This document shows positions 51,142 through 64,000 of a stretch of 64,000 nucleotides of DNA, one piece after another; the stretch's first letter is position 1, and every line of letters begins with the position of its first letter. The notes under the pieces are model-generated. The model was not told the origin of the DNA. It did no database searches and saw only the letters and a list, made by a program, of their open reading frames with translations. Origin of the DNA: a bacterium (GTDB taxonomy: Bacteria; UBA8248); the NCBI GenBank assembly GCA_965213685.1, contig CBDBZY010000016.1, positions 352,001 to 416,000 of the forward strand. Direction: 5' to 3'. A program made the position numbers and the translations under genes.

Positions 51142-54100
51142 ATGCGAGCTCACGTTCTGCTAGGGTTGGCCGCACTCGCTGCAACCATCGGACTCTGTGC
51201 CGCCGGAAGTTTCACAAGAACAGGACCTTGCCAGGTATGCTTTGATTCAAAGTATCTGCATGCAGTCTGAATTCATCCATGTTCTTTAACGCGTATGTGT
51301 GCATACTAACCTGCCCCATGGGATAGCATGTTCCTTTATTTTGACTGTGCATACGTGTACGCGTGCATACTGTATGTTCCTATGCGTGCAAGCGTGCAAA
51401 TATACTTGCCTGCCCATGACGTTTTCCTACTAGGATGCGTATGAGAACATCTACCAGTATAAAGCGACTCAATCTGAATTTAATGGAGACAACGAGGAGA
51501 ATGTGGAACTATCGTGCATTGTGAAGATCATCTGTGAAGCCAGTAAGCTGTTGTTAGTATAATTTGTATGTATGCTTCTATTCTCTAATTACTGGAAAAT
51601 ATTCCACTTACTTCTCCCTTTGCTACATGTACAATACGTGTGTGCATGATTACAATATGCATATACATGTTCTCCACTGCTGCTCTGTAACCTGTTTCAA
51701 TTTGATTCTTCTGTCCAGTTGGTACATATGGAAGCAAACGAGCTCGTCTATATAACATGGAGATTGTCAACACACAAGCTGGAGGAAATTTGTTTGACAA
51801 AGCAGAAAAGGAGGGGCCACAGATGAGTGAAAGTATTGAAGACCTCACCGATGATGATGACGAAGACACACCTGTGCGGACATTTGATGATCTCGTGTCC
51901 GGCTGGTTCAAATTTGTTCAGACAGAAGACGGATCCATTCCATCTGTGTATCACGCACATGAAGAGAGCAGTGAGACTGTTAACTTTAAGAAATCCATTT
52001 CAGCAGCTTTTCAAGCCAATTTTGAGGGAACTAATGCCAAAGTGGAGGCTGACCCACAGTCACTTCATGTTGCTAAATACACGTAAGAACTTAATGGCTA
52101 CGATTGCTGTAATGTGTGTATATTGGCTATGTGCTGTTACAATCCTTCATGTATGCACCAACTTTGTACATGCAGATATGATGCTAGTGCTCAAAGTGAG
52201 GAGGGAACAGTTAGAATGCACCGCAGAGTCACATCGGCTGATGTGGAGGACTATGCATCCCACATTCCTGGAGACAATGTTGCCTTATCCAAAGACGAAG
52301 ACATTGAATACAAGCACGGAGTGATGACCCACTCCAAGGGTGTTACTACAGCCAAGATTATGCCACAGGTATGAAACTACTTAAACTGCTGTGCCTTTGT
52401 ATGTGCTACTAATGTAATGAAACATTGCAGGATGAGGTTCCTGCAAGCCAAGACATTGAGGGAGACAGTCTGGAGGCCGAAGTGGAGCAGAGTCGTGACA
52501 GAAGGAATACAGAAATGTATGCCTACCCCAACATGATGTCTGGACCAGTGGGTCCTGATAGTCCTGCTATGCCAGCATCAGATGGTTCAGATGTCCCAGA
52601 CTCTGATATGCCAGCCTCTGATATGTCAGATGATTTAGATATGCTAGTTTCTGACATGGCCGATGATCTGGATGTGCTGGCCTCGGATATGTCTGAAGAG
52701 CAAACCTACAATCCTGACATAGACTTGGGTCAAAACTTTGAAGCAAAGGGTTCCTACTCACTAGACTTGGTTGGACAACGTAGACTTGTTCGCTATGCTA
52801 GGAGCATAGTAGACCATCTCCAATTGCCTGAAGCAATGGAAAGCAGCCTTCTAGCTTATATCAACCACAGTGAGTAACATGGCATATGTGCATGGCACTC
52901 TAAGAATAGGAAGTTATTTGCATTCACTGTATTGATTTTCAGCTCATGAAGATCTGGAGCACCTAAATACACTTCGTTCTGAATTGGGAAACTTGAAAGA
53001 TGCATTGGATGCCATTCACAAAGATTCTGCTGCTACCTCCACTGGTAGGGCTGACAGAAGTTCTATATTGCTGCATTTCTAGCAATGCACTCTGTATTAC
53101 AGCTCACAAAATTGCGGATTTGCTGGAATTAGAAGCAAAGTATGGACCACTTCCTGGATTCACACCTGCTATTGATGATGTACTCAACTATCTTAGACAG
53201 GTAAAGCAAATATTTGTATAGCTTTGGAACCACAAACCTCTTGGTAGAATTTATTCATGAAACTAAGCGTATGATGCTTTTTCTTGCATCTTTCATAGCT
53301 ACTTCATTCTGATGATGAAAAGGACATTGCCATGAGAATTATCATTTACTTCATGATCAGCCCAGAGGGAAGCTTGCAATCACAAATGGTAATTGGATTA
53401 TGACTGTACTCAAGCAAGTACAAAAGTGTAGCATTCAAAAGTGGTTTTGATGTATACTGTATAATCCATGATAATCTTCATTTGTATTTTCAGGCTCTTC
53501 TTGATGCCCTTGACAATGCCGTGAATGAGGAAGAGCAGCAAAGTGCAATTATGTATATAGCATTTGCAGAGAACCCTCAACCACAAATGGTCTCCCATTT
53601 GGAGAGCATGATTGACTCTAATTCTCTCTCTGCTGATCCTCTGCTGCTGGCCTATGGTGCACTAATCTCTAAAGCTTCTCCAGAGCTCCAGAACCGCATG
53701 ACCCTTTTCCTTCTGAAACAGCTGCCACGTGCTGAGACTAACAGCTCTTCCCTCATTCATCTGCTCCTCTCTCTTGGCAACACAGAATCCCCACATGTAA
53801 CAGGTTCCATTGTTGACTACCTGCAGCACCCTGAACTTGATGTTCAGCTGAGTGCTATCTATGCATTGAGGTATATGACCAATGATTTTCTGGTCCAGAA
53901 AGCCCTCACTGCATTTCTCAGTCAGCCTGACATGTCTGAAGATCACTTGGCAGTAGTAACACAGTCACTTCTGTACGGCATTGAGCATGCACAGAACAAT
54001 TACCAGGAGAAGCCTTTCAGCAATGAGCTGGCTACTGTGCTTGCTTTATCGGCTATAGACATGGAGAATGCTGAGCTTCACTTTGCAATTGTGGACTATC

Positions 54101-55183
54101 TTAAGAGCTTTGACACACCCAGGTCAAAGCAACTAGTTGAGCTCTTGAAATCTGCTCGAGTAACAGAGTTCAAGGACCTTAACAATGGCACACGATTCAC
54201 AAGGGGCACTAACTGGGCTGAGAGCAATTCGGTATATGATTTGGTGCAGCCTCTTTCAACACGTAGTGCAGATGTGAAGCAGTATGGCTATCGCAAGTCG
54301 TACATATGGGGCAAGAAATTTGGTGTGAATAAAGGCAATGTTCAGATTGCTGCTGGTGGGTTTATTGGAGTAAGCAGAGCTGGAGACTACAAACTGTTTG
54401 GGCGTGCAAAGGCAGTAGGTCATGCATTTGGCAAAACCAAAACTGCACTAGACTTATTAGTACTCCGTGAGAAGAGCAGCAGGTCCACTCGCAGCAAGCT
54501 CTATGCCAATATTATTGGAAAAACCCTTATTAATGTGGATGTGACACAAGAAAGCTCAGTGTGCATGAGGCACAGCAAACCTCTGTACAGTTCCAAGTCC
54601 TACCAGCTCTTCAGCCTTCAACTCTCTGTATTCATCTATGTTGGCACTCTCAAGTTTTCTTTGAGTGGCTATGTCAAGTTGAACACTGATATGTACGTAC
54701 AGTTCTGTGAAAACAGAGGAAGTATAACTGCTGCTGCTGGACTCACTCCTACCATCACAATGACACTTAGTGCTAGTGGTACAGCAAATATCCTAGTGAG
54801 TTGAGTAGTTTCCTCATAGGCTCATACCTTGCCATAATACAAATTTATTAGTATTATCATTTATATGAGTCCTTTATCTACTACAGGCAGCCGTCAGGGG
54901 AGGGATAACAGTCAGTGCTGTGTTCAACTACCAGTTGAATCCAGAGCTGTCAACTACATTCTGCTACCAAAACTACCAGATCAGGGTTAAGAACTGTGCT
55001 GCCATTTACCACCAGTGGGCCAACAACAGGATTGTGTTGGATGCCTGGTATCAACTAAGCAAATGGGGCAAAAAGAGGAACTGGAATAAGGTCTCCACTA
55101 GCTGGAACTTTCCCAGCAGTGAGAAGAAGACTCTGTGGAGGTTGTGTGATGGCAGCATTTCTTGCAGGAGTACTCCTGTGTAG
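51142..55183 (+). CDS. Secreted large lipid transfer protein-like (vitellogenin/MTP N-terminal module), ~10 exons
   Basis: Signal peptide MRAHVLLGLAALAATIGLCAA; beta-domain motif FVQTEDGSI..VNFKKSISAAFQANF; helical-domain LLLAYGAL..LLSLGNT..VQLSAIYALR; basic beta-rich C-terminus; GT-AG introns. Confidence 0.62.
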
Positions 55184-56899
55184 CCATCTATGGACCCCCT
55201 GGGAGACCAAGTGGCTAGACTGCCATTGAGTGAACATATTGTGTGTCTCAACCAATAACATTGCTGCATTTGTCATCATTGTAGGTACACATGCAGTGTT
55301 AGACATTTACATGTATGCATGGCTGTATTGAATGCATAAATAATATGAGTTGAAATGCTGCTTCCAAACCTTCTTTATGCAATACACAATCTCCTTGTGT
55401 ATCACACCTACGGTAGTAGGTGTATATAGGGATTGGCCAGGGTCCTCAGCATCAAACCTGTACATTTGAAATTTGCAATTTTCACTTTCACTATGGAAGA
55501 AATCTAACTTCTAATGGTATCTAAGTTAAGAGTATGCAAAATGTTAACTTTACCTTAAAAATTGTGGGAAAATACTATATGAGGTGTGCTTTGTATACAA
55601 AAATGCATTTCACAAATTGTCCATGTTCTTCTTCTTGTTCCAGTTGAAGAAGCAAAACTCAATAACTGTAGTACCATTAACCATGATAATGTACATGTAA
55701 GGTACATTGGTGGCTAGTGCATAGGCATAATTTTTTTCGTTAACCCCTTCACTTCTTGAGATATTAATGATTATCTAGAATCTCCATGTACTTTGTGTAT
55801 TGAAGATACATTATAAAATGAGGGTAACTATATACGCGCGCTTTAATCACCAATTTTTGCGCTTACGTCTTGGATACGGTACATAGATACTTGAAATCCG
55901 CTTACGCGCATTCTTGCTAGGTGCAGAGTAAAAGCCGCACCTGAAATTACAGGCTCTCCCTCTTACGTCATGGAATTACGATCAGCCATCGCTCACATGT
56001 ACACGTAGTTACTGTTACGAAACGCACTTGTGCACAAACGAACAGGTTTCTTCATTCTAACTAGTTTCTTAGTGTCTGCAAGCTGCCATCCAAGGCCAAA
56101 GCGCCATCATGCCTAGCTACAAGAGTTCACAGTGTTAGCTTGCTAGCTAGCTATAGGGGTTGTACCTAGTTAGTCTCGCAAGTCAGCCGTAATTTTTCAA
56201 TTTACGGCTGGCTTGTGAGTCGCAAAGCATACACATACACACGCACACGTTTCAAGCTAGTCGCTTCTTATTGTCTCTTGATCGCCAAAAAGCTGCCATC
56301 CAACGCCGAGTCTCGCGAGCCAGCCTCTCGGCAAGCGGTTTGCCGTGAGGGTCTGGCTCGAGAATATACAACGCCTAAGTGCCACCATACCCAACTGGCA
56401 AAGGTTTATACTGCATGTGCAAACTACCTGGTTGAAGTCGAAGGGTACTGCAGCAAATAGCAAGGCTATACAGCAGGCTAACCCAACTCTTGCACCATTG
56501 CCGCAGCTAGGCTTGGCGGCGCTTCGGCATTGGCAGCTTGCAGACAATAAAGAGCGACTAGCTTCTCAGACTGATGAAACATGTGCATGTGTGCAAGTGC
56601 GTTTGGCAACTACTAGAGCGTTAAAATACATAGAGTGGAAGAATGACAAGTAGTGGAGTGCACCAAAGGAAGGTCCCTAGCAGACTGTATGGTCTTCTCA
56701 GATGCACACAAAGGTAGGGCATGATTTCCATGCACTCTATGCCATGAGTTGCAGGCATGATATACCCATCCAGTTAGTTGGAAGAATCCCTTTGTTAATA
56801 AAGTATGTGGTGAGGAGGCCATCCATCCAGATAGCTGTATCTGCTGGAATTGCTGTGACAACATTGGGCTAGGGATGAAAAATCCAGCTATGTTCAAAC

Positions 56900-57485
56900 C
56901 TAGATGGGAGAAGAGAAGAGAAGATGGTTGCTATGTGCATGGATGTAATGAGAGAGCATACAAGCAGACCAAACTTGCAACAAGGGGCTCTGTCTGACAC
57001 CGAGGGAGATGAAATGTTCCAGCTGGGATTCTTAGCCTTTTTACATCTAGTTGGATGTGCATACATGAACAAAACATTCTGCTGTTTTTCAAGGCCTAAC
57101 ACCAGCATCCTCTCTGGGGCCATGTCTGTCAGCAAAGATGCACATACACTGGCTAGACAGACTGCGGAAATCTATATGGGATAGAATATGCTTTGAAGAT
57201 GAAATGATCACATCTATTGAGGCACTGAAATGTCACTGGATGCGGAGTTGTTGGGTGATACTCATTTGGTCACAGGCACAGGAAAACCACATGGAACTAG
57301 TCCCACTTCATGAGAATGGATGGGTTGTGAGGGATAATTAGCTCCGTATTGACTGGGACAGTGCAGAAAACATAAAGGCGGATCCTAAAGGGATGTTCAT
57401 GCAAATCAGGATGTGAAACTAGACGATATGGATGTAGGTGGAAGGAGATTACATGTGGCCCTGGGTGTCACTGCACCACTTGTCA
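56900..57485 (+). mobile_element. Degenerate transposase C-terminus with Cys-rich CXC tail (Academ-like)
   Basis: Frameshifted ..EALKCHWMRSCWV..IWSQA..GW..IDWD..KGCSCKSGCETRRYGC..CGPGCHCTTC. Confidence 0.5.
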
Positions 57486-58154
57486 TATAGTACACAAATA
57501 ACCAAGAAGCAAATCATGTGTTTGTAGACATTTAAATTTGGCGAAATGGCGAAAAACGAGCAAAATTTTATATTGGCGAAATTTAAATTTGGCGATTTAT
57601 ACTTGGCGCATGACGTAATTCTACATACCACGTGATGGATCGTGCACGCGCTAGCTGAGTACGAGTAAGAGTTAGGTGCAGGATCTGGATCAAGCGGGGA
57701 TGGAGACGCCAATTAAAGTCCTCGCTAAATATTCCCGCTAATATCAGGGGCGACGGAACCACGGGGGCTACGGGGGCTGTAGCCCCCCCTAAAGTATATC
57801 ATTCGTTTCTTGGCTAGCCGTGATGGGTAGTGTGTAAATACATCAGTGTACATGTGCACGCACCCGCAGTTAGCCACAACTTTACATTGCCTTGCACTGC
57901 GGCTTTCGAATACTGCGTTACTGCGCATCGAGCCCTACACGGCTATCTTTGTATGCTCTCGTTGGTCTGCCTAAGCGGAGACTGAGAAGCATTGTCTTGC
58001 CACGTACGCAAAGTCTACAGTCGCACACTTGCAGTTGAAGAAGGGTTAACTTACCCAAGTTGCTTGACCTTTGTACTAGTTCCACGTGTTCCGATGTGCC
58101 AAAAGAAACAGTCGCCGGAAACATTTTAATGCTGCTCTGTCTATGTATGTTGTA

Positions 58155-61100
58155 CACTGTAAAAACTGTAGTGTGCTAAGCACACCAAATTCTTCCCACA
58201 CCAGCGGTGTGTTAGCACACCTCGAGTTGAAAGGTGTGCTATGCACACATTTGGGTTGGTGTGGTTTCACACTTCCTCTGGTAATTGTAAGTGTGCTAAG
58301 CACACTGCTGTAGTAGTGTGGCTTCACACCAGTCGGGGCGCTACGTAAACAGCGTGGTGTTAATTATGATCTTTGACCTTTTTGGTTAAGGCGCCAAATC
58401 CAGTTGACAGTCGGATTGCGGATGGTCACTGAGCAGACGGTGAGTTGGGCTGTATTGCAGGCATTTGATGCCTCTATTTCTGTCCTACATCAGTATGTAA
58501 GGCCCTCAAAGGGTCGGGCTTAGCTGCGCAGCTGTTCAGTAGTCTGAGCGTGCGTCATCAGTATGTACGGCCCTGAAAGGGTTGGGATTTGTAGCTGCGC
58601 GGCTGTTCAGTAGTCCTGTCACGCGATAATTGGTCCCCCCGGACCGTCCACGGCAGAATACTTGGTCCCCCCGGACCGTCCGTGGCGCCGTAAGTGGTCC
58701 CCCCTCGCCACCGACGGTCCCCCCCCACCCTTGTATCAAAAGCTCGTTCATTCTTACTGGAGCTTCTATGTGGCAGTCACGTACCCCATAAAGGCTGCTC
58801 ATTATTATTAGTATAGCATGAGTTGCCAGTTATTTATATTAATGTGAACCTACTATGTAGTTACTTGATCATAACTCGTTAATTAATGAATTGTAGAGTT
58901 TGTAAGTCATATGCAACATTTACCACTACAACAACTGTAGGTTACAAAAGCAATCACTTCCTTTGTGAACATGCTCAGGTGTTTTCCACACAAAAGATGA
59001 GACATTAACACAGTGTTCATGAAACCACTCATAACAAGAATTGCACTCTATCATCTTTCCCTCTTCTGGGAGCCTACAAATGCAGTATACGCAGAAATTT
59101 TCCACTCTCTGAAATTTTACTTGTCTTCTCCTCCGCTTTGTCTGGGGAAAACTGGAAAACTCTGTCCACCAGGCATTGTCAAAGGTGCTTCCTAAACTGG
59201 TGCTGTATAAAGTGAGTTTGTTCTGGATTTTGTCCACAACAGAGGGAAACAGCAAAAGCTATTGCAAAAAGGCCACAATCAGCACTTCCATGCTGTTGTT
59301 GGACATGCTGGAGTTGTAGGGTGATGGTGTTTTCTTGGGCACAGAGAAGGGATGCTATTTGTTCTTTTGTGCGTGAAGGAATGTTGACATTTGGAAGGCT
59401 GTCATAAATGCTGACAGTTCCAGGCTTACAACCAATGTTTGAGACCGTGATCCAGTGACTTCCAGCTGTGTTAAGCACTTGAACAAACTCTCCTCTCTGA
59501 ACAGAAAATGCTAGGGTCTCACCCAGTGCAACAGACTCTAGACCTCCAACATAAGGGTGTGCTTTCTTCAAGAGGGCCTGAGCTGCATCAATAACATTGT
59601 CTGTAAGCCATCTTCCATCTTTCAAGCACTTCTCATCTGCCTCATAGAGACCAAGGTCTTCTAGCCAGTACTTATTTGGCTTATCTTGGAGCACATGGGT
59701 TGTCAAATCTATGCATTCTGTGGAGGTTGCATGAGTGGATATGGGAGAGAAAGTGTAATAGGTATGTGCCCTGCAGTAGACAAGCAAAATGTAACAAACC
59801 TTCTGGTTTGTCTAGTAAGTTCTGATGCTTTTGCTTCCGTCGGTTTAGATCCTTGACGGCAGCCAGGGTCATTTTTCTTTTGCGAGTCTGTGGATGTACA
59901 TCTTTTGGGCGAGTCTGAATCTGTGGTGGTTGTTCCTTCCCTGGACCCGAATCTACAGAGACAGTAGAGTAGGTGATAGGGAGAGGCTTAAAAAATTCAG
60001 AAAGGTGAGTGATGAGGGGAGAGGAGCATGGTTGAACTGTGACCCCTCTAAATTTATACCTGATAGAATTTGATCCTCCACTTGCAAACTCAGAGTAACA
60101 GTTCCAGCAATGGGAGAGAGGGGAATATTCAACTCAGGGAAGAATCCTCCTGATTGCACAAGGGTACTTGAGAGCATGTCACTAGCCCCTACATATGAAG
60201 AGCCTTGGGAAAGAGAGGGTTCTGTCATCTGTCTCGAGCAAGTTTCCTTGGGGGAGGGACTTGGGGCGGGGAATTGGTTCTCTGCACAATGCAATTTTCC
60301 TCAATAAGTAAATTACTTTGTCTTGAGGGCTGAAGACTACACACATATGCTATGAAGTTCCATTATGCTGGTCTACACTATTACATGCTACAGGTTACCC
60401 TCAACAATACATACCTGCTTTAGAAGATACTTCTTTAAGTGCACACCATTCACTCTAGTCACAATCTTTGTAGGGTTCTGAACTTCTTGAAGCCTGTAAA
60501 GACCTCTTCCCAGTGCACAAGAAATCCTGTATGGACCAGTCCACCTGTAATCTAGCTTCCCACCAGCATGCTTCTTGCGAGTGAAGTCCTTCTTAAGGAC
60601 TAGAGCACCAACAGCAAAGACTTCTGGGTTGGAATGTTTGCGATCATATTGTTCCTTCTGCCTCTTCTGAGCTGTTACAATATTGGCCTTTACAGACTCG
60701 AGCCTCTCTCTCTTCTCTTGCATGATTCTTCCTAAATCTTCTTCAGCAGCATAATCCATTACCAACATCTCCTCCTCGCAAGTGCGCTGCATGAGAAATC
60801 GGAGAGTGAAAGTCATGCGATAGAAGTTAATTTGAAGGGTTCTAATACATTATCTGGAAATTCCTGTTCTGTAGTATGCCATACCTTATTCTCAGCAAGG
60901 TCAACTGGTAGAACAGCTCGTCGTCCAAACATAACCTCGAAGGGACTGTACTGAGATGACTCATGCCTGGAAGAGTTGTACGCATACACACATGTATCCA
61001 GGTACTCTTCCCAGCTCTCCTGCTTATCAGCGACAAATTTAACCAGCATGTTCTGAAGAGTCTGGTTAAATCTTTCAACCAATCCATTGGCCTGAAAGTG

Positions 61101-62879
61101 TCATGATACATATAAATTTACCTAATCATGATCAATTTAAGATTTTGGTTCTATGAATGGTCTAGAGATCTATAGACATATGCACTGTGATGTACCATCT
61201 GACCTGAGGATGATAGGGTGTGGTGAGGTGATGATCAATGCCCATCAGTTTCATCAGTTCACTGTCTAGATCATTATTAAATTCACCTCCTTGATCAGAT
61301 GTTATCACCCTTGGCAACCCAAATGTCATGAAAAGCTACACCAGGAAAAGATATTGGGAACACAGTAAATACAATCAGCAATGCACACAAAAACTAAGTT
61401 GGTATGTGCATGTACAATATGACATTCCATACCTTGAAAAGGGCACCAGCAACACCAGGAGCATGCTTGGATTCCATCGCATACGCCTGCACAAATTTGC
61501 TGAAGTAGTCGCTAATGGTGAGGATATAGCGACGTCCTTGTGTACTAGGAGTGAGAGGGCCAACAAAATCAATGCCGATATGATGCCATGGTGACACAAC
61601 TGGCACAGGATGGAGCTCTGGAGCTGCCTTGCTTATCTTCCTGCCAGTTCTTTGACACACATCACATGTCTCAACCTAATATGAGGGAGTGAATTTCTCA
61701 TGTATAGTCAGGCTGTTATTATATACTATACAGATATAAATGATCAGTTAGCACTACATGTACTAACTAAAGGACTGGGGCATGATGGAATTAAGCTCTT
61801 GACATTGAACTTTACTGTCACTTCCCGACAGAAAGCTACTTGCTCCACAGTGTGCAGTTCTTCACTTCCTGATTCAAAAACATATCATCAGAATCTTAAA
61901 TTTTTTTAATCAGGAGGTGAAGAACTGCATACTGTGGAGTAAGTAGCTTTCTGTCTGATACATATTAAGTCACTCACAAGACTGTAGACATCTTTTGTGA
62001 CACCTGGCCATATGAATCTTTCAGTTATGCGAGCCAGCATCCTCTTACTGCCCATGTGCCCCGATGTTTGGTCTCTGTGGCATGACTCTAGGATTCTTTG
62101 ACGTTCCTTTTTGTCCACAACAAACCTCACCTAGGAGAATACAGAGCAATATCAGCAACAGAAGCAGATATAGCGCAGTACAGCCACAGAACTGACAACC
62201 AATAGCTGCGTGATATGTACATGTAGATGAGGGGCCTTGCAAGGTACATACAAGGCATAAAAAATACCTCATGTCCACTTTTCTTCTTGTAATAAAGTAC
62301 TCCCTCTTTCACCACCAGTGTCTGTGCTTTCTTCCGTATACATCGCTTCTCATTCTTGGAGCAGCTTTCGGGATACTTCTTGTCGGTGAGGTATACGAAA
62401 GCATTCTGCAGCAACTCTGTCTCGGCATCCATGACTGGATCTTCAGTAAAGTGAAGAGGTGTGAGGCACCAACGGTATTAGAACTTGTGCCTGGGATCAT
62501 CGTGGATCTCATTGGATCGCTTCTACCTTTGACCTAGCCTTTCGCGGTACGGCTGACATGCATCGGTTGCGTTCGGTTGTTAGGGAAAACATTATCAATG
62601 TAGGCAGTACAAGAAACAAACGGTATAACAACACAACACGATCCAAAAGACAATATTATAAAGCCTTATTAGAAAATAGGAGGGGAGGACCAAGTACGGC
62701 AAGAGGGGACCAGATACGGCAGCCACGGATGGTCCGGGGGGACCAATTTTGGCGGGGGAACATCTACGGCGTGACAGTCCAAGTGTACGTCATTAGTATG
62801 TAGGGCCCTCAAAGGACTCGGCTTTGTAGCTGCGCGGCTGTTCAATAGTCCGAGTGTGCCGTAGTCCTGTTTAACGGTG
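58155..62879. mobile_element. CACTG-terminus (CMC/EnSpm-like) non-autonomous element split by the Ginger insertion
   Basis: Starts cactgtaaaaa exactly where homology to ~50595 stops; subterminal gtgtgctaagcacac repeats; a ~70-bp tandem unit continues across the Ginger (58490-58616, 62777-62866); degenerate right end tttaacggtg. Confidence 0.5.
58617..62776 (-). mobile_element. Ginger-type DNA transposon (Gypsy-like integrase plus Ulp1 protease and PHD finger, with introns)
   Basis: TGTCACG..CGTGACA termini, imperfect TIRs, 4-bp TSD gtcc; exons from ATG 62432 encode an H2C2 zinc finger (CH..GHMG..WPG..CDVCQ), rve (GIDFVGP, SDQGGEF, VERFNQTL), GPY motif, Ulp1 (HW..DCGLFA) and PHD (YCICRLPE..C..C.EWFH..C); no RT or LTR; apparent frameshift near 59190. 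Confidence 0.88.
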
Positions 62880-62913
62880 TGATACATGTACGTTGAGCCG
62901 CTCTGTTACTGCT

Positions 62914-63424
62914 TGGCTGTTAGTCTGATATGTTGGGCTTTGTGGCCGTATGGCTGTCAGTCTGATATGTTGGGCTTTGTGGCCATGTGGCTGTCAGTCT
63001 GATATGTTGGGCTTTGTGGCTGTATGGCTGTCAGTCTGATATGTTGGGCTTTGGTGGCCATGTGGCTGTCAGTCTGATATGTTGGGCTTTGTGGCTGTAC
63101 GGCTGTCAGTCTGATATGTTGGGCTTTGTGGCTGTATGGCTGTCAGTCTGATATGTTGGGCTTTGTGGCCATGTGGCCATGTGGCCGTCAGTCTGATATG
63201 TTAGGCTTTGTGGCTGTATGGCTGTCAGTCTGATATGTTGGGCTTTGGTGGCTATGTGGCTGTCAGTCTGATATGTTGGGCTTTGTGGCCGTATGGTTGT
63301 CAGTCTGATATGTTGGGCTTTGTGGCCGTATGGTTGTCAGTCTGATATGTTGGGCTTTGTGGCCATATGGCTGTCAGTCAGATATGTTGGGCTTTGTGGC
63401 TGTATGGCTGTCAGTCTGATATGT
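62914..63424. repeat. 37-bp minisatellite, ~14 units
   Basis: Unit tggctgtcagtctgatatgttgggctttgtggc(c/t)(gta/atg). Confidence 0.92.
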
Positions 63425-63971
63425 CTATGCTGGCATCCTCAAGTTTTCTTTGAGTGGCTATGTCAAGTTGAACACTGATATGTACATACAGTTCTGTGAA
63501 AACAGAGGAAGTATAACTGCTGCTGCTGGACTCAATCCTATCATCACAATGACACTTAGTGCTAGTGCTAGAGCAAATATCCTAGTGAGTTCAGTAGATA
63601 GGCTCATTCCTTGCCATAATACAAATTTATTAGTATTATCATTTATATGAGTCCTCTATCTACTACAGGCCGTCAGGGGAGGGATAACAATCAGTGCTGT
63701 GTTCAACTACCAGTTGAATCCAGAGCTGTCAACTACATTCTGCTACCAAAACTACCAGATCAGGGTTAAGAACTGTGCTGCCATTTACCACCAGTGGGCC
63801 AACAACAGGATTGTGTTGGATGCCTGGTATCAACTAAGACGTTTTTTCAAATGGGGCAAAAAGAGGAAATGGAATAAGGTCTCCACTAGCTGGAACATTC
63901 CCAGCAGTGGGAAGAAGACTCTGTGGAGGTTGTGTGATGGCAGCATTTCTTGCAGGAGTACTCCTGTGTAG
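63425..63971 (+). pseudogene. 3' fragment (last 1.x exons) of a duplicate of the lipid-transfer-protein gene
   Basis: Aligns with 54634-55183 and on into the 3' UTR; upstream exons are absent; 9-bp insertion in the last exon. Confidence 0.85.
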
Positions 63972-64000
63972 CCATCTATGGACCCCCTGGGAGACCAAGT

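Noticed and set aside
60388-62432. Integrase as part of an LTR retrotransposon
   Set aside because: No gag, protease, RT or LTRs; inverted termini, introns and a 4-bp TSD fit Ginger.
62914-63424. 37-bp repeat array as CRISPR
   Set aside because: Units are contiguous with no unique spacers, there are no cas genes, and the context is eukaryotic.

Overview
Intron-rich, microsatellite-rich animal genomic DNA. A demosponge-like non-bilaterian is an inference from gene style and repeat families. Left third (1-24 kb): a tandem cluster of four intronless ~710-aa guanylate-binding-protein (GBP)-like GTPases with an unusual architecture (GBP GTPase, helical stalk, fibronectin type III domain, two hydrophobic segments, acidic tail). 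The copies are near-identical except for a hypervariable membrane-hairpin region, and are interleaved with relics of TMEM65, ICAP-1-like and kintoun exons and with Helitron fragments. Middle (24-44 kb): three compact head-to-head gene pairs (TMEM65/CCM2, KHDRBS/UGDH, RPS20/an unnamed coiled-coil gene). Right third (44-64 kb): nested DNA-transposon debris (Helentron-type element, TAG..CTA palindromic elements with 9-bp TSDs, MITEs), a secreted vitellogenin/MTP-like large lipid transfer protein gene, and a partial tandem duplicate of that locus carrying a full-length Ginger-type integrase transposon and a 37-bp minisatellite. All homology calls are by-eye motif recognition, not database searches, and exon boundaries are approximate.
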